Origin: Halobacteria archaeon
GTDB lineage: Archaea; Methanobacteriota_B; Thermococci; Methanofastidiosales; NM3
Assembly (NCBI GenBank): GCA_036733165.1
Contig: DAINBB010000001.1
Location: 949-64,948 of the forward strand
Direction of reading: 5' to 3'
DNA length: 64,000 nucleotides
Shown piece by piece: positions 9,567 through 18,158 of this stretch; the first letter of the stretch is position 1, and each line of letters begins with the position of its first letter. Made by a program: the position numbers and the translations under genes. Below the pieces are notes generated by a model that did not search any database, had not been told where the DNA came from, and saw nothing but the letters and a program-made list of their open reading frames with translations.

Positions 9567-10607
9567 ATGAGGATCACCACCAAGGATGGCGCAGGGGGGC
9601 GTAGGATGCAAGAATTCCTGAAAGAGGTAATCCTAGGCACCTTCGGGGACTCCAGGGTGGGCAGTATCGGACTTCATGACCTTGACGATGGCGCCTCATT
9701 TGGTGATAATTACATCATCACGACAGATGGGCACACAGTTAAGCCCGTCTTCTTCAATGGCGGCGACATAGGGAGATTGGCTGCCTGCGGCACATTCAAT
9801 GATGTAAGCGTGATGGGTGCCAGACCAATACTTCTCACAAGCTCCATGATAATCCAGTCGGGTTTCGAGATGGACGGTATCAAAGAGATAATGACCTCTA
9901 TAAGAAAATCCTGTGACGAGGTTGGCGCCAAGCTGGTGGCCGGCGACACAAAGGTCGTGGAGGATGATATAGGGATCTACATCTCCACCACTGGCGTCGG
10001 CGAGAGGTGGGATGGCCTTGACCATAACAGGGACATGTTGCGCGAATGCGGAAGGGAGGGAGATGTATTTGTCAGGGACTGCGGACTAATGCCTGGCGAC
10101 AACATCATCCTTTCCGGAACGGTCGGGGACCACGGCGTATCGTTGATGGCCCTAAGGGAAGAGTTGGGGATATTTGGAGACCTATGCTCCGATGTATGCC
10201 CCATATGGGATGTTGTGGAGAAGGCGCTACTGGCAGGGGGTGTGAGTGCAATGAAGGACCCCACCAGAGGCGGAATTTCAGGAGCCTTGAACGAGATGGC
10301 CGCCAAGTCAGGTTGCGGCATCCTCATCGAAGAGGAGAACATCCCAACAAATCGTTCCACGGTGGCGGCCTCGGAGATACTTGGCATAAACATCCACGAT
10401 GTCGCAAACGAGGGAAAGGTCATCATGGGGGTCGCCGAGGACCGGGCAGAGGAAGTGCTCAAGGCTGTAAAAAGGTCGGGATACGGGAGGGATGCCGCCA
10501 TAATAGGCGAGGCGACCGAGGGAAAGAGGGTCTTTCTGAGGACCAGAATAGGCGCCAAGAGGCTTGTCAACATGCCGGAGGGCGATCCCGTGCCCAGGGT
10601 CTGTTAG
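9567..10607 (+). CDS. hypE: Hydrogenase maturation protein HypE
   Basis: GAGGRRM, TTDGHTVKP, KDPTRGG and C-terminal PRVC. Confidence 0.96.
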   Translation: MRITTKDGAGGRRMQEFLKEVILGTFGDSRVGSIGLHDLDDGASFGDNYIITTDGHTVKPVFFNGGDIGRLAACGTFNDVSVMGARPILLTSSMIIQSGFEMDGIKEIMTSIRKSCDEVGAKLVAGDTKVVEDDIGIYISTTGVGERWDGLDHNRDMLRECGREGDVFVRDCGLMPGDNIILSGTVGDHGVSLMALREELGIFGDLCSDVCPIWDVVEKALLAGGVSAMKDPTRGGISGALNEMAAKSGCGILIEEENIPTNRSTVAASEILGINIHDVANEGKVIMGVAEDRAEEVLKAVKRSGYGRDAAIIGEATEGKRVFLRTRIGAKRLVNMPEGDPVPRVC

Positions 10608-10665
10608 TTCAATCTATTTTGAATATAAACCAATATTTTAAATACATTGGTTCAATACCTGTATC

Positions 10666-11295
10666 ATGGCCGAAGATGAAGAGCTTTTTCATGTAGTGTC
10701 TATGAACGATGAAAAGGCCAAGATAATAGCTATGGAATTGGCGAACGACAAGGGAAGGATGGTACTTGACGCCATATTCGAGGGAAAGAAATCATCATCC
10801 GAGATCTCCAAGGAGCTCAACATCAATCTGCCTACGGTCCTCTTTCACATCGAGAGGCTCATAGATGCCGGCGTGATAAAGGTCATTGACACCAACCTCT
10901 CAAAGAAGTTCAGGGAAATAAAGTATTATGGTCCGTCAAAGAGGGCCATATTGATCATACCGGAAAAGGAAAGGTCATCCCTGGACGATGTGTCAGGAGG
11001 GTTGATCAGCGGCATCAACGCCAAGCTTCTGGGAATAACCGGAATGTTGGGTGCGGCCCTCTCGGGCGGTTTCATCAGATTGTTCTCAAAGAGTTCCGAT
11101 ATGGCGGACAAGGCGGTTCTTGAGGTTCAAAACGACTGCTTGGCACCTACCACTGAAGGGGTCAGGGATGCGGCAAGTACGTTTCTGACATTGCCGTCCA
11201 ATATGGAAATCGTTGGCATTGTCATCGCTGCGGCGGTGATAGCCGTGTCTGTTGTAATGGTGGCACAGAGAGTATTGAAAAAAAGGAAAAATTGA
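10666..11295 (+). CDS. ArsR-like winged-HTH regulator with C-terminal transmembrane helices
   Basis: SSEISKELNINLPTVLFHIERL HTH; two hydrophobic segments; basic tail KKRKN. Confidence 0.8.
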   Translation: MAEDEELFHVVSMNDEKAKIIAMELANDKGRMVLDAIFEGKKSSSEISKELNINLPTVLFHIERLIDAGVIKVIDTNLSKKFREIKYYGPSKRAILIIPEKERSSLDDVSGGLISGINAKLLGITGMLGAALSGGFIRLFSKSSDMADKAVLEVQNDCLAPTTEGVRDAASTFLTLPSNMEIVGIVIAAAVIAVSVVMVAQRVLKKRKN

Positions 11296-11297
11296 AC

Positions 11298-12452
11298 TTA
11301 TTTTTTCTTCTTGACCCTTGCGAAACCTGCCAGCAATCCTATCAAGGTAACAATGAAACCGACGCCCAGCCCCACTACCAGATAATGATTCTTCCCTATG
11401 GTCTCGACAACCGGGTCTGGTGTCAATGAGACGACCAGTTCAGAGTATATCGTGTCCAGATACTGGGAACATTCTTCCGATTTGTCATCCACGCCGGCCA
11501 TGTCATACAGTTCCTTGGCCAGTGCAAAATCCAGTATGGCACTCTTATAGTCCTTGCTAGAATAGTATTCGACCGCGGATGCATAGGAGGCGTCCCCCAT
11601 CTCCTCATATGTGAGCTCGCTGGACTCGAGCACCTTGAACGAAACGGTCTTGCTCTGTTCATAGACCTTTCCATTTCTGTCACTGTAGTTTATGAAGAGC
11701 TGTATCTCGAACTCACCGACGCCGATGGCTGAGGTGAAGACGGCTATGGTCCCCGTCAGTGTCTCATTTGGACCCAACGTAGATACCGTCTCAGAGAGAT
11801 TTACCTGTCCAACAAAACTTGGATACTCGCTAGCAATGCTTGCCTCCATCTCCATCGCGTCGTCAGAACCCAGATTCTTCAGCGTGAAGCCCAGCATCAG
11901 TGTGTCCCCCTCGGTGGCGATGTTGTTATCAGAGAAAGATATGCTTAAGGCAGGTATTCCATGTATCACGTTTATCGAGAAGTATATGGGATCCTCCCGC
12001 CATGGGCTGCATCCTTGGCTGCAGGGCCCCCTCTTTCCTGTGAGGACCAGAGGGATCTGGTAGTTTCCCCCAGCCAGTTCATTGTCAAGGGTGAACGTCA
12101 GTGTGGCGGTAGCCGTCTCTCCAGGCCTCAGATATGAGTCTATATGATCGTTGCCTTCATAAAGAACGGGTGCCCCATCAGGCTCATTTATCGTCATGTG
12201 TGAAAGTAAGGTCTGATCTATCAGTTCCTGGTCTATGAACATCACAGCGTCCCATAACTTTTCAGTGGTGTCGGTCGATACATTCGTGACCTCCACGACC
12301 AGTGTCACGGTGTCCCCGACAGATATGCTTACAGGATCGACATCCACAACCTCCAATTCCAGTGCGAAGTCCTCCGCGGCTGCTTGAAGGCCCATAGGAG
12401 CGAAGAGAAATATTATTAGCAGTAGTAGAGGCAATACGGCCTTAATATTCAT
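11298..12452 (-). CDS. Secreted S-layer-type (COG1361/CARDB-like) protein with C-terminal TM anchor
   Basis: Signal peptide, Ig-like beta-rich repeats (LKNLGSDDA), helical segment, TM helix plus KKKK tail. Confidence 0.65.
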   Translation of the reverse strand: MNIKAVLPLLLLIIFLFAPMGLQAAAEDFALELEVVDVDPVSISVGDTVTLVVEVTNVSTDTTEKLWDAVMFIDQELIDQTLLSHMTINEPDGAPVLYEGNDHIDSYLRPGETATATLTFTLDNELAGGNYQIPLVLTGKRGPCSQGCSPWREDPIYFSINVIHGIPALSISFSDNNIATEGDTLMLGFTLKNLGSDDAMEMEASIASEYPSFVGQVNLSETVSTLGPNETLTGTIAVFTSAIGVGEFEIQLFINYSDRNGKVYEQSKTVSFKVLESSELTYEEMGDASYASAVEYYSSKDYKSAILDFALAKELYDMAGVDDKSEECSQYLDTIYSELVVSLTPDPVVETIGKNHYLVVGLGVGFIVTLIGLLAGFARVKKKK

Positions 12453-12596
12453 AGGAACACCTTAACATAAGATTTTGTATAAAAATATAAACTTTCCTAT
12501 GGGCCATTATCATTCCTGTATCGAGGTGTACAAGTTAAATATTTATACGTTGTTCATAATCTTATCAAGAAAATCGTTTTTATAATAGGTGAATTG

Positions 12597-14345
12597 ATGG
12601 TCTCCAAGAAAGAAAAGAAAGAAGAGGCAAAACAACAGAAGTTAACAAAGCTCAAGAAAAGGAAACTTGAAAAACATAAACGCAAACAGATGGAGAAGAA
12701 GTTCCTATACAGAAACAAGTCGGTCATCTTGGGCATCTCTGCAATAATTGTCCTGATACTCGGTTCGTTCGGCGCTTATTCAATATATGAATACACTCAA
12801 GAAGGGAAATCCATCGTGAACCTGGGCGATGAGGTGAATTTCAACTTCATATGCTATTATGATAACGGTTATGTCATCGACCACACGTTGGTCTCCACGC
12901 CAAACGATGTCACGGTGGACACGGACCTGGGTGGTGACCAGCTGAAAAACTCACAAAGCCTCCTGATTGGTGGTTACCAGACCGTGAGCGGGGTGCTTAT
13001 CCCACTTTACTGGAACGATGAGATGTTCCTGGAGGAAAAGAAGGGGGAGACTTTCTACATATCGATCCCTGCTGAGGACGTGTACGGCCCTGATTACAGC
13101 CCAATAACGGAGGCGGAGAGACTCTTCAACGTGTCAAGGGAGACAGAGATGGACAGGTACGGCTCGATGGACCTTGACGAATTCGAGGAGGATTACGGCA
13201 CCCCTGAGGTTGATATGGAACTTGAGATCGACGATTACAATGTCAAGATCATCTCGGTTGGGGATGACACGGTCGAGTACGAGTTCATGTATGAGGAAGG
13301 GGACTCCATAATGTATGAGTATGGGAGCGGCCAGATCACGGACAAGACCGATGACAAGTTTGTGATCTTTTACGATGGCACTACGGACGAGGTGTTCTAC
13401 GCCCTCGTAGGTTCGGTGTACCTTCCCGTGCACATTAAGGAGGTCACAGATGACGAGCTTGCCATCGAGGTGGACCATTACAATTACAAGGTACTGATAG
13501 ACAACATAGACAAAGACGTCATAGACCAGGACGACTGGAGCATATCGGACGGGGATTTTGTCATAGTCAGGTACATAGGGTACTATGAGGGTGGCGAGGT
13601 GTTCGCTTCCTCGATCACAGACGATATAGAGCTTACCAGTGACCTGCCGCTTGATGACACCTACGAACATGAGCCACTATACCTTACCGTTACCCCCGGA
13701 ACGACCATAGATGGCACCAGCACCGTGATCGAAGGTTTCAACGATGCGTTGAAGGGGATGGTCGCTGGCGAGGAAAAGACGATAGAGGTGCCGCCGGAGG
13801 AAGGATACGGGGAGTATGATGAAAGCCTCGTCGAGGAGATCAACTACCTGGTGGGCGTCTATGACCTGATAGAGGTCGTTCCAAAGTCTGTCACAATGAC
13901 ACTTGAGGACTATATCGAGCAATATGAAAGCGAACCTTATGTGGGAGACACGATAACATACTCGTACGGCACTGGAATGATCACCGATGTCGAGGATGGT
14001 GTCACGATAGAACTAGAACTAGTGGAAGAGGACGAGTTCTATTACCACAACGTAACTGCCATGGTAATCGATGAGGATGACGAGACCATAACGATAGAAC
14101 ATTATCCGATAGACGGAGGCTTTGTTTACACTGACGTGCTAGAACTGGCCTACGTGTCAGTCCAAGATGACACCTTCACGATAGAATATGACCCAGAGGA
14201 GTTCGAGGTGGGCGGGTCGTTCAGTAGCGGGACTATCACAGAGGTAGGCGAGGGCTCGTTCACTGTGGATTACAATCACAGCATGGCGGGAAAGACACTG
14301 TACTTTAGGATAAAGGTCATGGACTTCCGAAAGGTGAGTGATTGA
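12597..14345 (+). CDS. Membrane-anchored FKBP-type peptidyl-prolyl isomerase with two FKBP domains
   Basis: Lys-rich N-tail then TM helix; second domain GDFVIVRYIG...VIEGFNDALKGM...PPEEGYG...DYNHSMAGKTLYF; first domain degenerate (GDEVNFNFICY...IPAEDVYG). Confidence 0.85.
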   Translation: MVSKKEKKEEAKQQKLTKLKKRKLEKHKRKQMEKKFLYRNKSVILGISAIIVLILGSFGAYSIYEYTQEGKSIVNLGDEVNFNFICYYDNGYVIDHTLVSTPNDVTVDTDLGGDQLKNSQSLLIGGYQTVSGVLIPLYWNDEMFLEEKKGETFYISIPAEDVYGPDYSPITEAERLFNVSRETEMDRYGSMDLDEFEEDYGTPEVDMELEIDDYNVKIISVGDDTVEYEFMYEEGDSIMYEYGSGQITDKTDDKFVIFYDGTTDEVFYALVGSVYLPVHIKEVTDDELAIEVDHYNYKVLIDNIDKDVIDQDDWSISDGDFVIVRYIGYYEGGEVFASSITDDIELTSDLPLDDTYEHEPLYLTVTPGTTIDGTSTVIEGFNDALKGMVAGEEKTIEVPPEEGYGEYDESLVEEINYLVGVYDLIEVVPKSVTMTLEDYIEQYESEPYVGDTITYSYGTGMITDVEDGVTIELELVEEDEFYYHNVTAMVIDEDDETITIEHYPIDGGFVYTDVLELAYVSVQDDTFTIEYDPEEFEVGGSFSSGTITEVGEGSFTVDYNHSMAGKTLYFRIKVMDFRKVSD

Positions 14346-15100
14346 AAAGGAACGAGGTGGTAGGGGTCATAGAGGAATATGCCCCCCTTGACCTCGCGGA
14401 ATCCTGGGACAACTGTGGGGTGCTTTTGGAAGGGAAGGAGCACGTATCAAGCGTCTCCGTGATGCTCGATCCCACGATCGATACGTTGGAAGCCGCCAAA
14501 GGGGACATCATACTGAGCCACCACCCGTTGATATTCTCGCCTCTCAAAAGACTGGAGCGTGACATGCTCCAAAAGGCAAAGCTCCTGCTTTCCAGGGAAC
14601 AGACGTTCTACGCCGCCCACACCACCCTTGACTATGCCCCATATGGAGTATCATGGTCGCTGGCCCAGAGGATAGGCCTGATGGAGGACGATGATTCATC
14701 CCCCCAGATAAGGACCGGCAGCTTCACCTATGGATCGGTCGAAGAGCTCTTGGATGTCCTCAGGTCCAGCTTGGGGAACAAGGTGTTGAAGGTCGTTGGA
14801 AAGAAGGATGAGATAGGGAAGACGGCGATTCTCCCAGGTTCGGGCTTCGGCGAGGAGATGATCGAGAGGTGCTACGACCTGGGCATCGATACGATGATAT
14901 CCGGCGACCTGAAGCACCATCCTGCCATGAAGGGATTGGACCTTGGCATGACGCTGATCGATGCGGGCCACAGGGAAACCGAGCTTCCGGGCATCGAGCG
15001 TGTTGCAGAATATCTTGACAGACGCCTCGATGGGGTGGATGTGGAGCTCATATGCCCTGTTGAACCCTGGTCGTACGAGATCGACAGTTCCCCTCTTTAA
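14342..15100 (+). CDS. Nif3-like dinuclear metal centre protein
   Basis: WDNCG, HHPLIF, HTTLD, GDLKHH and GHRETE motifs. Confidence 0.93.
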   Translation: MKRNEVVGVIEEYAPLDLAESWDNCGVLLEGKEHVSSVSVMLDPTIDTLEAAKGDIILSHHPLIFSPLKRLERDMLQKAKLLLSREQTFYAAHTTLDYAPYGVSWSLAQRIGLMEDDDSSPQIRTGSFTYGSVEELLDVLRSSLGNKVLKVVGKKDEIGKTAILPGSGFGEEMIERCYDLGIDTMISGDLKHHPAMKGLDLGMTLIDAGHRETELPGIERVAEYLDRRLDGVDVELICPVEPWSYEIDSSPL

Positions 15101-15248
15101 TCACGATCATACTGTCAAGAAAATATAACGTCCCGAAAAATAAAGGCGCCCTCTCTGTTCAAGAAACGTTATTGGTGTCTTGCAGACATGAATCGGTCAT
15201 TCCATATGAAATGTCTGCCATTTTGATCGGTCGTGGAATGAGTTGCAG

Positions 15249-15371
15249 TGCCGGGGGCGGGACTTGAACCCGCGGCCTCTCGATTTCCCAGTTATCGCGC
15301 CTTAGACGTTATGAATCCAAATGCTAAGAACTTATGAGTCGAGCGCTATAACCAACCTAAGCCACCCCGGC
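15249..15371 (-). tRNA. tRNA-Met(CAU), elongator type, with a 48-nt intron (15285..15332) at position 37/38
   Basis: Acceptor GCCGGGG/CCCCGGC, anticodon stem CTCGA/TCGAG, T-loop TTCAAGT; BHB helix CTCA/TGGG with two 3-nt bulges; 75 nt after splicing; CCA not encoded. Confidence 0.93.
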
Positions 15372-15450
15372 AAGGAGCTAATAAGAATTTGTGAACCTTT
15401 ATATAAAGTTTTTGGAATCGCCTTTCCTCGGAAAATTATAAATCGATATC

Positions 15451-15978
15451 ATGGCAAGTCATTCCATGAAAGGCTATGTTCATGCCTATTTCGGGGACGG
15501 TGTCGGAAAGACCACAAGGAGCGTGGGGCTCGCCGTGAGGGCGTCCGGAGCGGGGAAGAAGGTATTTTTCTTTCAATTTCTGAAAGATGACACATCCTCC
15601 GAAGTGGCAGTGCTTCGATCTCTCCCGAACATAGAATACGGTTGCACGGGGACCCTTGGATTCATCTTCGACAGGCAACCCACGGAAGAGGAGATAAAAC
15701 TGGCAATGGATGGAGTCGGGACGTGCAAAAAGGCCCTTAATGGGGGATATGACCTTGTTATCGCCGACGAGATACTGAACGTGCTCAGTCTGGGGCTCGC
15801 GGGAGAGGACGACATGGGCGACATGATATCAGGAAAGGGCAACTCGGTCGAGCTTGTAATGACCGGAAGGGCCTGCCCAGGACCCATATTGGAAAGATGT
15901 GACTACGCAACAGAGTTCAAAAATGTGAAACACCCCCATGAGGGGGGTTTGAGGGCAAGAATGGGAATAGACTGTTGA
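15451..15978 (+). CDS. cobO: Cob(I)yrinic acid a,c-diamide adenosyltransferase (CobO/BtuR family)
   Basis: GDGVGKTT, QFLK, DLVIADEI, VMTGR, HP...G motifs. Confidence 0.92.
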   Translation: MASHSMKGYVHAYFGDGVGKTTRSVGLAVRASGAGKKVFFFQFLKDDTSSEVAVLRSLPNIEYGCTGTLGFIFDRQPTEEEIKLAMDGVGTCKKALNGGYDLVIADEILNVLSLGLAGEDDMGDMISGKGNSVELVMTGRACPGPILERCDYATEFKNVKHPHEGGLRARMGIDC

Positions 15979-15979
15979 T

Positions 15980-17380
15980 CTATTCCGACTTCTGCCAGTC
16001 TTTGATAATGTCCTTGAAGGAAAGCACCTTCAGATGAAGGGGCTTCTTCGTGATGTTGCCCGTCTTGACACCGACAAGGTACTTAACGTTCCTCTCACCG
16101 GCTATGTCGACAAGCCTCTGCGTTATGACGCCATCGAACACGACGGCATCCACATCATCAGTGTACTTCATCGCATCGACAAGGTCCCTCACAGAAACCT
16201 TCATCTTGACATTGCCATCCTTGTCAAGCACATAGGCGTCAAGGGTTCCCGGAAGTTTCTCTATGATCTCCTTGAACTGCTGAAGATCGGCATCGTCCTT
16301 TGCGTCAGGCTGGGCCTCCTTTATCTCCTTGACATCGTTGTTCTTCATCGGTTTCCTGCTCTTTGGGCCGGCCGGCCTTGGAACCAGCTGCTGCTGTTCC
16401 TGTTGCTCGCCCTGTTCCTGGGGTTGGTATGATGATGAACTGGATGGGGAGGAGCGGGATTCCGAACGTTCGAAGATCTCATTGAGCGCCTGTTCGGCCG
16501 AGACCTTGTTCCTCAACGCCTTGAATACCTCTTTCCTTGTAAGATCCTCGACTTCCTTTCCAGGTGGCGCCCTGGCAAGATTGTCTATCTCGCCGAGCTC
16601 CATCAGTTCCCTGAGTATGAGCTCGCCGCCCCTGTCGCCGTCGATGAAGGCAGTCACTGTCTTCTCCTTTGACAGCTTTATGATCGTGTCAGGCACGGAT
16701 GTGCCCTCCACCGCAATGGCGTTCTTGATACCGTACTTTAAGAGATTGAGAACATCCGCCCTTCCCTCGCAGACTATGATGGCGTCCGAATCGTCTATGT
16801 TGGGCCCCGCAGGAAGGCTCTCAGAACCGTACTTCGTTATCTGTTTAACCCTCACGGCCTGTTTGACCTCTTCGGTAAGCTCCTGGGTCTCGGGGACCTC
16901 TCGGTCCATCATATCCTTGAGTATCTCCTTCGCCCTGTCGACAACATAGGCACGTTTGGAAGACCTTACGTCCTCGATCTTGTTCACGTTGATCTTGGCC
17001 TCACATGGCCCCACCCTGTCGATGGTCTCCAAGGATGCCGCAAGCACAGCCGTCTCTATCTTGTCAAGTGAAGATGGTATAGAAATGCTGCCAAAGGACT
17101 TTCCGCCCTTTGAGTTTATACTGACCCTTATCCTACCTACCCTGCCGGTCTTTTGCAGTTCCCTAAGGTCAAGGTCATCGCCTAGGAGCCCCTCTGTCTG
17201 TCCGAAGATCGCGCCCACCACATCAGGCCTCTCAACTATTCCCGAGGCGTTTATATTGGCTTGTATGATGTATTTTGTGGTACCGATCTCGTTCTTAAGG
17301 GTGACATCAGTCTTTTTCTCTTTATCCTGGTTAACTTTTAATTCTAAGTTTTTCTTTGATTTTATGAAACACACCCCCAA
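15980..17380 (-). CDS. dnaG: Archaeal DnaG-type primase (exosome-associated); exact start uncertain
   Basis: GAIFGQTEGLLG, ELQKTGRVGRI, TOPRIM CEGRADV and DGDRGG; low-complexity S/Q linker. Confidence 0.95.
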   Translation of the reverse strand: MGVCFIKSKKNLELKVNQDKEKKTDVTLKNEIGTTKYIIQANINASGIVERPDVVGAIFGQTEGLLGDDLDLRELQKTGRVGRIRVSINSKGGKSFGSISIPSSLDKIETAVLAASLETIDRVGPCEAKINVNKIEDVRSSKRAYVVDRAKEILKDMMDREVPETQELTEEVKQAVRVKQITKYGSESLPAGPNIDDSDAIIVCEGRADVLNLLKYGIKNAIAVEGTSVPDTIIKLSKEKTVTAFIDGDRGGELILRELMELGEIDNLARAPPGKEVEDLTRKEVFKALRNKVSAEQALNEIFERSESRSSPSSSSSYQPQEQGEQQEQQQLVPRPAGPKSRKPMKNNDVKEIKEAQPDAKDDADLQQFKEIIEKLPGTLDAYVLDKDGNVKMKVSVRDLVDAMKYTDDVDAVVFDGVITQRLVDIAGERNVKYLVGVKTGNITKKPLHLKVLSFKDIIKDWQKSE

Positions 17381-17636
17381 TGATAGGTCGCAAGAAATAG
17401 ATTTACAAATATTGGGTTTTCACATTACAATTTTACGCTTAGGCGAATGAAATGAATGATGAATCTGTAATCTGAAATCTTACGACACAGTTATGATATG
17501 TCATAATACCTATTTCTGGTCAGATAGATATATTCTGTGTGATATATTAATCTTTTGGTATTATTTATGATGATAAGAAGAAGAGAATTTATTTAAAAAC
17601 TTATTGGTAGTTCCTCTTTGAGAAAAATGTCCCAAA

Positions 17637-17924
17637 TCATCTCATATTGTTCCTTATTAAGGACAATACGTCCTCTTTTTTGGCTGATACGCCAATAGAT
17701 TTTTCCCTGTTCAGTGCGCCGCCGATAATCCACGAGTCGCCAAGTTTCCTGAAGAAGGATAATACCTCCTCATTGGCCTTTCCCTTCTGCGCCTTCGAGG
17801 TGATCTTGAATTTGAATCTTTGACGCCATTCATCCCATACGATGGAGAACTGCTTTGAGTTCGGGACCACCTCTATGTCAACTGTGACCGTTCCTTCGGC
17901 TTCGGTGATGGCATTCTCCATCAT
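17637..17924 (-). CDS. DUF167 / UPF0235 (YggU-like) protein
   Basis: VVPNSK ... AQKGKANEEV motif. Confidence 0.88.
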   Translation of the reverse strand: MMENAITEAEGTVTVDIEVVPNSKQFSIVWDEWRQRFKFKITSKAQKGKANEEVLSFFRKLGDSWIIGGALNREKSIGVSAKKEDVLSLIRNNMR

Positions 17925-18108
17925 GGTATCACTGTAAGGGGGTAATGTTGCCCGTCACACTAACATCCAAGATTCATTGTCCGGGAATCCTCTCTCCATC
18001 AGATAACTCTCATGGCGGGCTGTCCTGTATCGGGGTTGACTGCCGGATCATCTCAGGCCAAAGCTAAATCACCGTAGGACCCATAACGATACAAGGCTGC
18101 AGAACAGC
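17925..18108 (-). ncRNA. Candidate structured RNA (leader or sRNA), family unassigned
   Basis: No ORF over 60 aa in the track and only short ATG-started frames on the minus strand; TATA (TTTATATA) about 25 nt upstream on the minus strand; nested helices GGAGUCC/GGAUUCC, GCUGU/ACAGC, CUUGUAUCG/CGAUACAGG. Confidence 0.45.
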
Positions 18109-18158
18109 GGACTCCAATATACAAAACATATATAAATAGATTAGCCTTTGAATGCACC

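Noticed and set aside
17456-17520. ATGATGA...CTGA C/D-like boxes upstream of dnaG
   Set aside because: AT-rich context, only a 9-nt spacer, no proper second D box, no target recognised.
17930-18030. Plus-strand resemblance to the 3' half of a c-di-AMP (ydaO) riboswitch
   Set aside because: The 5' GCUGAA...GGAGGAACC core is missing, and the orientation is antisense to the adjacent gene.
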